Shown here: positions 55,176 to 64,000 of the stretch, piece after piece
Position numbering within the stretch: the stretch's first letter is position 1
How the letters are laid out: each line of letters begins with the position of its first letter
Source: Thermoanaerobaculia bacterium
Lineage (GTDB): Bacteria > Acidobacteriota > Thermoanaerobaculia > UBA5066
NCBI GenBank assembly: GCA_963816185.1
Contig: CAWFJJ010000028.1
Location: forward strand, 224,001 to 288,000
Direction of reading: 5' to 3'
DNA length: 64,000 nucleotides
Notes under the pieces: model-generated
What the model was told of the DNA's origin: nothing
Seen by the model: the letters and a program-made list of their open reading frames with translations, nothing else
Database searches by the model: none
Translations under genes and position numbers: made by a program

Positions 55176-55471
55176 TGACTGCGCGGTGACGCCACGGAGG
55201 GTACCGAGGCGCGACACCGAACAACGGTTGAAGCAGTGCAGGCGACGCCGGGTTCCGGCGACCGTGAGAAAAGCACGGGGTGAGCCGGATGGGCGACCCA
55301 GAAGACGTGAGCTCACGAGAGCGTTATGCCGAGCGTGACCAGTAGCCCGCGTGGCCGGCTGCCTCCCGCCGAAACACATTTGAAACAAAGCTCGAGGGCA
55401 AGATGCCGGCCACGCGCTGCCTCCTCGAGTGCACGGGTCTGAGCAGAAATAAACGCCTGAGCCGTTAACGA

Positions 55472-55489
55472 GCCTAACTAGTATTAGAC
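55472..55489 (-). other. Putative attI simple site
   Basis: Minus strand GTCTAATACTAGTTAGGC resembles the attI1 core (CCCTAAAACAAAGTTAGGC, recalled); same orientation as the attC. Confidence 0.5.
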
Positions 55490-55509
55490 GGCAAGAGCGG
55501 TATCCACAT

Positions 55510-55980
55510 CTAGGTGCTTTTACCCTTGAATCGAGTGGATGTCTGTGCGGATAGTGATTTTCGTGTCCCTACGTGTATAGAAGATTTCGGGTTGGCCGAG
55601 GTGTGTGGGACTAGGACCGAAACACGGTCCTTCAGGCCAAGCGCGATTGCCTTGTCGTAGCGGATTCGCCAGCGCAGGGCTTTCATCACGAATCGGCCGC
55701 CGGCGGCCCGAATCTTCTCCCGTAGATCTCGCTCCCACGACCGAACCTCGACGAGGACGCTTCGCGAGGCCGAGGGTGCCCATGGCGCTGACGTGACGAC
55801 GAGCTCGACTGTCGTGAACCGCGTCGGAGGCGAATTGCTGTAGCGGTAGCGAACCGTGACGAGCCGGTCACCCCAGTCGCGGACAAGCTTCGCCGTCCCG
55901 CGGTCGCCGGGCCTCATCGTCGACCCGACGACGCTCGCGAAGACGGGGGTGCTCGGAGTGATGCGGCTCTTTCCTCTCAC
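55510..55980 (-). CDS. Hypothetical protein (PGDRGTAKLVRDWGDRLVTVRYRY family; start uncertain)
   Basis: Recognisable motif; family recalled as often lying next to integrons. Confidence 0.65.
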   Translation of the reverse strand: MRGKSRITPSTPVFASVVGSTMRPGDRGTAKLVRDWGDRLVTVRYRYSNSPPTRFTTVELVVTSAPWAPSASRSVLVEVRSWERDLREKIRAAGGRFVMKALRWRIRYDKAIALGLKDRVSVLVPHTSANPKSSIHVGTRKSLSAQTSTRFKGKST

Positions 55981-57191
55981 GGTTTCGGCATCGGAGCGAC
56001 GGGCTCACCCGTGCGGGCCTCCTTCGGCCACACGATGTCGACCTTCCCGCCCGGCTTGTTCTGTGTCACGACGAAGGGGAGGACGGCCTGGCCGGTCTTC
56101 GTGAATTTCAGGACGCCGCCGGGCAGGATCGAATCTTTCAGCTCGACTGCGGCGAGCGCCGAGCGGATCGCCTCGGGCTTCAGCGAGCCGGCTTTGTGTA
56201 TCGCCGCGAAAAGCGCGCGCACGGTTTCGTATGCGGTCGCGTGGTACCACTGCGGCTCGGAGCCTTCGGCCGCCTTCCACTTCGCGTTGAACGCCTTGAC
56301 CTGGGGATACGGCAGGAGGTCCGACCACCAGCCGCTCGCGAAGATGTAATCGGTCGCCGCGCCGAGGGCCTTCCGTCCGGCCGCGTCCGCGCCGCGCGCG
56401 CCGTACGTGACCATCTGGTGGTACAGGCCCATCTGCGTGTACGTGCGCTGCATCGAGATGAAGTCCTCGAGGTGCGCGTCGCACATGAAGAGGTCGGCCT
56501 TCGCGGCGGCGACGCGGCCGAGGAGCGGCTTGAAGTCGGGCGCGTAGAGCTCGAAGCTTTCGTCGAGGACGACCGAGAACTCGGGATGCGCCTTCGCGAA
56601 GTCCTTGACGCCTTTTTGGAAGTCCTTCCCGTGCTCCGTGTTCTCGATGAGGAGGGCGATTTTCAGCGGCTTCTTGAGCTTGCCCTTCGCGACGAGATCC
56701 GAGAGGAATTCCATCTGCGTGGACGCGAGGTTCTCGACGGGCGACAGGACCCCGAAGACCCACTTGCTGCGCCCGTAAATGCTCGTCGCCCCCGCGCCGC
56801 CGGAGACGAACGGGATGCCGTAACGATCGGGAACGACGCTCTGCGCCTGGACGAGCTGCGAGCCGTAGCCGCCAATCACGGCGTGGACCTTCTCCCGCGC
56901 CATGAGCTCCTCGACGAGCTGTGCGCTGCGGGCCGCGTCCGAGGTGTCGTCGAGCAGGGAGAGGTCGATCTTCATCTTCTTGCCGCCGACGTCGAGGCCG
57001 CCGGCGTCGTTGACCTCCTTGACGGCGAACTCCGTTGCCTGCTTGTAGGCGCCCCCGATCTTCGACTCCTTGCCCGTGACGGGCAAGACGGCGCCGAGCC
57101 GGATCACGTCTTGGGCCGGAGCCGGGGGGGCAGCCGCCAGGAGCACGGCGGCGAGGACGAGGAGAATGCGGGGCGGTCGGTTTGACTTCAT
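55977..57191 (-). CDS. Branched-chain amino acid ABC transporter substrate-binding protein
   Basis: Signal peptide; IRLGAVLPVTG, DDTSD, DFKPLL. Confidence 0.88.
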   Translation of the reverse strand: MKSNRPPRILLVLAAVLLAAAPPAPAQDVIRLGAVLPVTGKESKIGGAYKQATEFAVKEVNDAGGLDVGGKKMKIDLSLLDDTSDAARSAQLVEELMAREKVHAVIGGYGSQLVQAQSVVPDRYGIPFVSGGAGATSIYGRSKWVFGVLSPVENLASTQMEFLSDLVAKGKLKKPLKIALLIENTEHGKDFQKGVKDFAKAHPEFSVVLDESFELYAPDFKPLLGRVAAAKADLFMCDAHLEDFISMQRTYTQMGLYHQMVTYGARGADAAGRKALGAATDYIFASGWWSDLLPYPQVKAFNAKWKAAEGSEPQWYHATAYETVRALFAAIHKAGSLKPEAIRSALAAVELKDSILPGGVLKFTKTGQAVLPFVVTQNKPGGKVDIVWPKEARTGEPVAPMPKP

Positions 57192-57282
57192 GGGTCCTCC
57201 TCCAGAACGGGTCCGCCCCTCGGGAAGAGGGGCGGCGATGTGTGCGAAAAAGGCCCGGAACGCGCCGCGCGGCGCCGCGAGA

Positions 57283-58440
57283 TCAGAAGTAGTAGACCTG
57301 CATCTGTACCGTGAACTGGTTCGTCGTGAATCCGACCTTGGGGGAGACGCGCTGCCACCAGACCTTGATGTTGAAGTTGCTCTCCGCCTTCGTGTACGGG
57401 TAGAAGTTGAGGCCGACGGCCACGCGGTCTTCGTTCTTGCCCGCGTTCACGGCCTGCGTGTACGTTCTCTGCTCGTACCGAATGCTGGGGCCCATCTTGA
57501 TCGGCTTGAGGTAGACCATGCCCTCGATCTGGAACGTGTTCTCCTCGGGAAGGGTGGTCAGGAATTTTCCGCCGTTGATGTACTGGTACTGGACCGTCGA
57601 CTCGAACGCGCCGAGCGGGATCGGCCAGTCGAGGTACATGTCGGCCGACGCGTAACGGTAGTCGCCCTGCGTGTCATAAGCGCCTCCCACCGCGAGGATC
57701 TTCCGGTTGCCGAAGTTCGCGCTCGCGTACGAGACGAAGTTGTAGACCTCCTTGTCGAAGAAGTCGTACTGCAGGCGCTCGACGAACCGCGGCGAGTTTT
57801 TCACGCCCGGCTGGCGGAAGCCGCCGAATATCGCCGAGCGGTATTCGAGGCGGTCGCAGAGGAAGTAGCCGCGGAACATGACGCCCGTGTCGCGGCCGGC
57901 ATTGTTCTGGAGCGGCGCGCTCGTGAGGAACGTGTAGGCCGAGAGGTCGAGCATGAACTCCGTCGGGCTGCTCTTGAGGCCCTCGCGGCTGATCGGCGCC
58001 CGGATCTCGCCGACCTGGATGTTGAACTCTTTCGCGATGCGCCACTCGCCGACGGCGTCGAGGAGATTGAACCCCGAGCCGAGGGCCTTCGCCCCCGTCG
58101 TCGCGCCGACGGCCTGCGTCGACTTTCCGAGAGTCGAGTTCTCGGTCTCGGCGAAGAAGAAGACGTTCTTGGCGACCTGTCCGCCGATGAGGAAGCGGAG
58201 GCGGCGAATGAGGAGGTTCTCCTGGTAGCCGCCGGACGAGGTCGGGTTCGCGGTGCTCGCGACTTCCTGGAAGTCCGCCTGGGGCTGCATGAGGAGGCCG
58301 AGCTTGAAATTGATGCTGTCGTTGACCTTGATGAGGGCCTGGGCTTGAACCCGTTGGGCCAGGCCGAATGCAAGCAGGAAAAAGGCGGCGATGAGGCCCC
58401 GGGCGGTCGTCCGCAGTGCGCGGTGCGCGGAAATCGGCAT
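57283..58440 (-). CDS. Outer-membrane porin-like protein
   Basis: Signal peptide, IRRLRF, GRDTGV, C-terminal YYF beta-strand. Confidence 0.75.
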   Translation of the reverse strand: MPISAHRALRTTARGLIAAFFLLAFGLAQRVQAQALIKVNDSINFKLGLLMQPQADFQEVASTANPTSSGGYQENLLIRRLRFLIGGQVAKNVFFFAETENSTLGKSTQAVGATTGAKALGSGFNLLDAVGEWRIAKEFNIQVGEIRAPISREGLKSSPTEFMLDLSAYTFLTSAPLQNNAGRDTGVMFRGYFLCDRLEYRSAIFGGFRQPGVKNSPRFVERLQYDFFDKEVYNFVSYASANFGNRKILAVGGAYDTQGDYRYASADMYLDWPIPLGAFESTVQYQYINGGKFLTTLPEENTFQIEGMVYLKPIKMGPSIRYEQRTYTQAVNAGKNEDRVAVGLNFYPYTKAESNFNIKVWWQRVSPKVGFTTNQFTVQMQVYYF

Positions 58441-58558
58441 GAGAGCGTCTCTCCTCCTAGGCCGGACTTATTAGATGACAGAAAGGATAATGGAACACCC
58501 CATGGACTTCAATCGCTGATGCGAATGAATCATATGGCGCGTTCGCGCGCAGTGAGCA

Positions 58559-59995
58559 TCACGGCTCTTCGGACTCGTCCTTTTTTCGCGTGGCGGCTCG
58601 ACGCGAAAACCGTTGAACTCTGTCGGTGAGGCTCCCCGGCCGGACCTGGAGGCCGGAGCGGGTCAGATCGCCGATGGCGACGTCCATCCTGACGTCGAGG
58701 CCTGCCGACTTCGAGAGGCCGATCTTCTGGCTCGCGTAAACGCTCCGGTGTCCGACCATGAGGAAGGCCGTGCCGGCCGTGAGCGCCGCATACACGCCGA
58801 CGTCCCGCGGCAGGAGCTCGATGCCCATGATGGCCGCCGCGATCGGCGTATTCGCGGCGCCCGCGACGACACCCACGAAGCCGAAAGCCGCGAAGAGCCC
58901 CGTCGGAAGGTGCAGGAGCCGCGCGAGGGCCGCCCCGCTCGTGGCGCCGATGAAGAAGAGAGACGTCACGATCCCGCCGCTCCCGCCGGACTCCAGCGTA
59001 ACGGCCGTCGCGACGATCTTCCACAGGAACGCGAGGATCGCAATCGTCCCTGTGGCGGCGAGGGCGCTCTCGATCGTCGGGACTCCGAGACCGGCGTACG
59101 TGTCGCCGACCAGGGCGTAGAAGGCCGCGAGAAACACACCCCCGGCCGCGGCGACGAGGTACGGGTGCTCCTCGAAACGCCTCAGGCCGCGCTCGAGCCC
59201 CCGCATCGCCTCGATCAGGAGGAGCGCGACGAGACCGAAGACGGCTCCAAAGAGGATCGACAGGCCGACGAGCTCGGAGTGCCCGAGGCCGCCGAGTCCT
59301 TCGTGCAGAACGGGTACGGGCGCCTGGACGCCGCAGACAAGGTGGGCCACGATACCGGATACGAGGCAGGGGAAGAGGACGGCGTACTCGATCCGCCCGA
59401 GGTAGAGCACCTCGATCCCGAAGAGGGCACCGGAGATCGGCGTCCCGAACACGGCCGCGAAGCCGCCGCCGATCCCGCAGATCACGAGGCGCCGACGGTC
59501 CTGGTCGTTGAGCCGCAGGACATCGGCGAACAGGCTGGCGATCGCGGCCCCGATCTGGGCGCAGGGCCCCTCCTTCCCGACCGAGCCGCCGAAGGCGAGC
59601 GTCACGACGGTGGCGAGAAGCTTGATGGGAGCGACCTTCCAGGGGATCCGGCCGGACTCGCGGTGGACCGCGGCGATGACGGCCTCGGTCCCGTGGCCGC
59701 GCGCCGTGGGCGCGAACGCCCGGATCAGGTACACGCACACCGGGAGCGCGAAGGGGAGGAACCACGTCGGCGAGATCCCGCCCGGAGTCACCCGCATGAC
59801 CCACGCCCCGGATGCCTGGAGCGACCAGAGGAACGCGCGCGTCCCGAAGCCGACGCAGAGGCCCGCCACTGCGCCGAGGACCGCCCACTTCAGCGTGCTG
59901 ATGACGAGCGCCGTGTGCTCGGTGTACCAGCGCGTCTCGTCGGCGAGCCTCGGCGGCGGCTGTTCCTCCGGCTCCATCGGCGGAGTGTCCTGCAT
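58559..59995 (-). CDS. CLC family chloride channel/transporter
   Basis: GHGTE, GSVGKEGP, AAVFGTP, GGSGGIVT, AANTP. Confidence 0.92.
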   Translation of the reverse strand: MQDTPPMEPEEQPPPRLADETRWYTEHTALVISTLKWAVLGAVAGLCVGFGTRAFLWSLQASGAWVMRVTPGGISPTWFLPFALPVCVYLIRAFAPTARGHGTEAVIAAVHRESGRIPWKVAPIKLLATVVTLAFGGSVGKEGPCAQIGAAIASLFADVLRLNDQDRRRLVICGIGGGFAAVFGTPISGALFGIEVLYLGRIEYAVLFPCLVSGIVAHLVCGVQAPVPVLHEGLGGLGHSELVGLSILFGAVFGLVALLLIEAMRGLERGLRRFEEHPYLVAAAGGVFLAAFYALVGDTYAGLGVPTIESALAATGTIAILAFLWKIVATAVTLESGGSGGIVTSLFFIGATSGAALARLLHLPTGLFAAFGFVGVVAGAANTPIAAAIMGIELLPRDVGVYAALTAGTAFLMVGHRSVYASQKIGLSKSAGLDVRMDVAIGDLTRSGLQVRPGSLTDRVQRFSRRAATRKKDESEEP

Positions 59996-60039
59996 TTTTA
60001 ATTTGAGGTCAAATTAATGGCGTGCGATCATTCCCCGGG

Positions 60040-60576
60040 ATGGACGCGGCGGGCAAACCGGCGAGGCCCCTCGGCAAGGTGCTCGACTTCATGCGTCTCA
60101 TCTGGGCACTCGACCACGGGCTGCAGTCCCTCTCGAAGCGCATGCAGGCCTCGATCGGCCTCACCGGCCCGCAGCGCGTCGCCCTGCGCGTCCTGGGCCG
60201 CCGGCCCGGGATCTCCGCGGGTGCCCTCGCGGACGTCCTCCGGCTTCATCCGAGCACCCTGACGGGGATCCTCCATCGGCTGGAGCGGCGCGGGCTCGTC
60301 CGAAGGAGCCCCGACCCGGAGGACCGGCGGCGGATCCACCTCGCGCTCACGGCGCGCGGCCGGCGGCTCGACGTCCCCGTCCTGGGAACTGTCGAGGCGG
60401 TCGTCGAGCGCGTCCTCGCCGGCATCCCCGCGAGGCGGGTCCGCCCTGCGGCCGAATTCCTCACAGCCGTCGGCGCCGCCCTCCTCGAAAGGCCGGCGCC
60501 CGTGCGGCGGCGGCGCGCGATCCGAGTCGCGACGAGCCATCGCCCCAAATATGACCATTCGAGGTCAAAACATTAG
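60040..60576 (+). CDS. MarR family transcriptional regulator
   Basis: GLTGPQ, STLTGILHRLERRGLV, DRR...LTARG. Confidence 0.9.
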   Translation: MDAAGKPARPLGKVLDFMRLIWALDHGLQSLSKRMQASIGLTGPQRVALRVLGRRPGISAGALADVLRLHPSTLTGILHRLERRGLVRRSPDPEDRRRIHLALTARGRRLDVPVLGTVEAVVERVLAGIPARRVRPAAEFLTAVGAALLERPAPVRRRRAIRVATSHRPKYDHSRSKH

Positions 60577-60693
60577 TTCGCCGCGCTCCGGTTCACCGCG
60601 CCATTTCTGCCGGTACGCCCGTTGCAATACGAGCGTTGCGGCGGTCGGATCAGGGCCGTTCGGGCCCGCCTTCGGCCGTTGAAGGAGGGTCCG

Positions 60694-61341
60694 ATGGGAA
60701 CCAGGGCTCCATGGGTGATTGCTGCATGTCTTGGAATCGCGTGTCTGGCCGAGGCGGGCTACATCGTCGCACACCGCGCCGCCGCGTCGGCGCCGCCGGG
60801 AGGGGCGGCCGCGCTCCCGGCGGGAGACTTCGACCGCTGGGATCGACATTTGCACGAGGAGATCGCGCGGACGGGCAAGCTCGTCGACAAGGACTTCGAC
60901 AAGCTCTTCGGGGACGACTTCTTCCGTCGGCGCTTCGACCCGTTTGCTGAGATCAACCGGGCTCGCCGCCGGCTCGAGGAGGGCCTCGCGGGCCCGAAGC
61001 GTGCGCTCTTCAACAGCTCCTTCCGGGATTGGTTCTCGAAGCGAATGGATCTCGCGGGAATCACGACGAAGATCGCGGAGCAAGGCAAGGACCTCACGGT
61101 GACGTTCGGGATCCCCGGCCTCAAGGAGGACTCGGTCAAGCTCGACGTCAACGCGAACCGCATCCGCTTCCGCTATGAGGCCAGCAAGGACGTGAAGAAG
61201 GGCGGGAGCGACGTCGAGACGACCGAGAGCGTCGAGAAGATCCTTCCTCTTCCGGACGGGGCCGACCCGAACGGGTTCCAGGTTCGGAAAGGCAAGGACG
61301 AGGTCACCCTTGTCTTCCACAAGATGGAGCACGCCGCGTGA
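60694..61341 (+). CDS. Hsp20/alpha-crystallin-like protein with N-terminal TM segment
   Basis: IPGLKEDSVKLDV, LPLP; GAAGGAG RBS. Confidence 0.7.
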   Translation: MGTRAPWVIAACLGIACLAEAGYIVAHRAAASAPPGGAAALPAGDFDRWDRHLHEEIARTGKLVDKDFDKLFGDDFFRRRFDPFAEINRARRRLEEGLAGPKRALFNSSFRDWFSKRMDLAGITTKIAEQGKDLTVTFGIPGLKEDSVKLDVNANRIRFRYEASKDVKKGGSDVETTESVEKILPLPDGADPNGFQVRKGKDEVTLVFHKMEHAA

Positions 61342-61364
61342 CCCGGAGCGCGGGTCGTGATCGC

Positions 61365-62030
61365 ATGAAGAAGCCGCCCGTCTTTTCCCACGAGGAGGCA
61401 CGGGCGTTCTACGACGCCTTCGGCTCCAAGCAGGACCTCCAGCGGTTCTACGAAGACCAGGCGATCGACGTTCTTCTCGACCATGCTCTCTTCGAGAGCG
61501 CGAGCGCGGTCGTGGAGTTCGGATGCGGCACCGGCCGCCTCGCGGAGCGTCTCCTGCGCGAGAGGCTCTCTGCGCGCGCCACGTACGACGGCTTCGACGT
61601 CAGCCCCACGATGGTCGGGCTGGCCGAGGCTCGGCTGAGACCGTGGGCCGGCCGGGCGCGTGCGCACCTGACATCGGGGGCGCCGGCCCTTCCTCTTGCC
61701 GACGCAGCCTGCGACCGGTTTCTTTCGACGTACGTCCTCGACCTGCTCGGAGAGGACGAGATCCGTGCCGCCCTTCTGGAAGCGGCACGCGTCCTCGCTC
61801 CCGGCGGGCTGCTCTGCCTGGCGAGCTTGACGTTCGGCGAGAGCCTGCCGTCGCGCCTCCTGAGCCGGCTTTGGACGGCCGTTCATTCCCGGAGCCCGCG
61901 GCTCGTCGGCGGATGCCGCCCTCTTCGTCTCGCACAGTTCTTCCCGCCCGGCTTGCTCGTCGCCCACCGCGAGGTCGTCTGTGCGTTGGGGATCTGCACG
62001 GAGGTGATCGTCGGCAATCGGAGTCCCTGA
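61365..62030 (+). CDS. Class I SAM-dependent methyltransferase
   Basis: VVEFGCGTG, DVSPTM, RVLAPGG. Confidence 0.88.
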   Translation: MKKPPVFSHEEARAFYDAFGSKQDLQRFYEDQAIDVLLDHALFESASAVVEFGCGTGRLAERLLRERLSARATYDGFDVSPTMVGLAEARLRPWAGRARAHLTSGAPALPLADAACDRFLSTYVLDLLGEDEIRAALLEAARVLAPGGLLCLASLTFGESLPSRLLSRLWTAVHSRSPRLVGGCRPLRLAQFFPPGLLVAHREVVCALGICTEVIVGNRSP

Positions 62031-62128
62031 CGGTGGCGTGCCCGCCGGGTACACGGTTTGCACGTCATCGACCGGGCCGAGAGGCTCACGGGAAGGATCT
62101 GCAAAAGGGGAGAGGAGTTAGAGACGTC

Positions 62129-62491
62129 ATGCTTCAAGTTCTGGCCGGGCTTCCGGAGAACGTAGTCGCCATTTCGGCTAGCGGCAAGGTCACGGGGAAA
62201 GACTACGAGTCTGTCCTGATACCGGCAGTCGAGAACGCGCTCACGCATCACGAAAGGATTCGCTTCCTGTATCGGCTTGGATCCGAATTTACCGGCTTCA
62301 CGGCCGCCGCCCTCTGGGACGACGCCATTGTCGGCTTGAAGAACCGAAAGGCCTTCGAGCGGGTTGCGATCGTCACCGACGTTCCGTGGGTGGCCGAAGC
62401 GGTGAAGGTGCTCGGCGTCCTGGTCCCATGTCCCGTGAAGGTTTTCGGCAACGACGAGGCCGAGCAGGCGAAGGCCTGGGTGGCGGCCTGA
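62129..62491 (+). CDS. STAS/SEC14 (SpoIIAA-like) protein
   Basis: ASGKVTGKDY, ALWDD, FERVAIVTD, AKAWV. Confidence 0.88.
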   Translation: MLQVLAGLPENVVAISASGKVTGKDYESVLIPAVENALTHHERIRFLYRLGSEFTGFTAAALWDDAIVGLKNRKAFERVAIVTDVPWVAEAVKVLGVLVPCPVKVFGNDEAEQAKAWVAA

Positions 62492-62559
62492 TGCGCCCTG
62501 AAGGCGCCGCGATCCACGCCGCGAGTTCGTTCGGTCCGGAACGCCAGGCCAGGAGCGTC

Positions 62560-63437
62560 AGCCCGCTTCGCCGCATCATCTGCGCCAGCGACTTGAGCGA
62601 GGGCGCCGAGAAGCGATCCGCCAAGCCTACATTCTGTCCCACGCCTACGGAGCCGATCTCGAGATCCTTTACGTGACGTCGAGCCCGGACGGCGGTCACT
62701 CGTCGCTCGCCCGCCTGAGGCGCCGTCCTCGAGCTCGACCGGCTCTCGAGGTCGCGCGCGAGCGAACTCGGAAGGAGCTGACGTCGAGGGTCGCCTCGCT
62801 CACGGGCGCGTCGCCGAGCGAGAACAGCGTTCTCGTGGCCGAGGGCGTGCCCTTCGCTGCGATCGTGCACCGAGCCGACGAGTCGGAGCCGACCTGATCG
62901 TGGTCGGAAGCAACAGCGCGACGGGTCGCGGGATGCAGCACCTCGGCGAGGTCGCCGTGAGGGTCGTCCGTCACGCGCACCGTTCGGTCTCGTGGCGACG
63001 GCGCGGCCCGGGAAGCGGAAAGATCCTCGCGGCGACGGACTTCTCGGATCCGTCGCTCCCCGCGGTCACGACGGCTGCGAGGAAGCACGCCGTCGCGGAG
63101 CGAGCTTGACCGTCGTCCACAACGTCGATCCGGAGCTGGACTCGTTCGGACCGGTCCTGCAGTTCTTCCCCGACGATTTCATGACCGATCTCGGCCGTGG
63201 CGCTCGGGACGGCTCCTGGAAGTGCTTCAGCGGCTCGGCGTGGAAGGGGAAGCAGTCATCACGCGCGGCCCGGCGAGCGCCTCCATTCTTCGCCTGGCGG
63301 AAGGCCTCCCGGCCGACCTCGTGGTGGTCGGCAACTCGGGTGGCGCCGGTCTCGCAAACGCCCTTGTGGGGAGCGTGGCCGAGAGGGTCGTTCGCTGGGC
63401 TCCTTGCTCCGTTCTCGTCGTGAGACGCCGGCGTTGA
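62560..63437 (+). pseudogene. Tandem universal stress protein, multiply frameshifted
   Basis: RIICASDLSE, ILAATDFSDPS and LVGSVAERVVRWAPCSVLVV fall in different frames. Confidence 0.75.
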
Positions 63438-63465
63438 GGGAAGGCGAGGGATCGGTAGGACGGCG

Positions 63466-64000
63466 ATGAGCGCTGGAGACGCCGGCAGGCGCCGTCGACG
63501 ACGTGGCGCTGTGCGACGAGCTTCAGAAGGAGACTTCGGCTACTTCCTGAACGAGTTCAATGCGACGACAGGCCTGATCGCCGAAAGACCGTTCCGGTTG
63601 GCCGTCGAGCATCGCCGCCGTCGGCCTCGCGCTCTCCGCCTTTCCGGTGGGCGTCGAGCGAAAGCTGCTCGAACGAGAGGAGGCGGTCCGCCGGGTCGAC
63701 GACGACGCTCGCGTTTCTTCTGGAACGCTCCCCAGGGAGAGGAGCCGGACGCGAGCGGATACAGGGGGTTCTACTACCACTTCCTCGACATGAAGACGGG
63801 GCGGCGCGCGTGGCGGTGCGAGCTCTCGACGATCGACACCGCTTCCTGATCGCCGGCATGCTGACGGCGGCGGTGTACTTCGACGGCGACATCCGAGGAG
63901 GAGCGGCGAGATCCGCGACGCTCGCGCGAGCAGCTGTACGGAGCGCGTCGACTGGGATTGGGCCCTGAACGGCGGCCGACCGTGACCCACGGCTGGAAGC
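63466..64000 (+). pseudogene. Glucoamylase-family-like protein, frameshifted and running off the window
   Basis: TGLIA, GYRGFYYHFLDMKTGRR, ELSTIDTA, RVDWDW fragments across frames. Confidence 0.7.

Overview
High-GC bacterial chromosome segment; gene content resembles Acidobacteriota/Thermoanaerobaculia (inference, not proven). 1-41.8 kb is mostly core genome: NagZ-like GH3, ssb, murJ, HU, a leucine-catabolism (MCC/hydratase/HMG-CoA lyase) operon, a RomR-like regulator, valS-birA-RlmD-like-comEC-miaA-hfq, Crp, oxidoreductases, M3 peptidase and secreted proteins. This part also carries paired inverted TTCTTAGAAGG/CCTTCTAAGAA motifs, some inside genes. About 42.1-55.5 kb is an accessory island with a tRNA-Gly 3' att remnant, two inverted IS3 copies, a resolvase, an integron attI/attC remnant and a Ser/Thr kinase-TPR protein. 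Its main feature, mostly missed by the ORF track, is a split array of ten tiny paralogous genes (one IS-truncated). Each has a conserved basic leader ending in a double glycine (V-R/K-G-G) and a different short core. Seven of the nine intact cores resemble separate conserved segments of the type VI secretion tube protein Hcp, compared from memory and needing an HMM check. 56-64 kb returns to transporter and stress genes, with multiple frameshifts near the window end.
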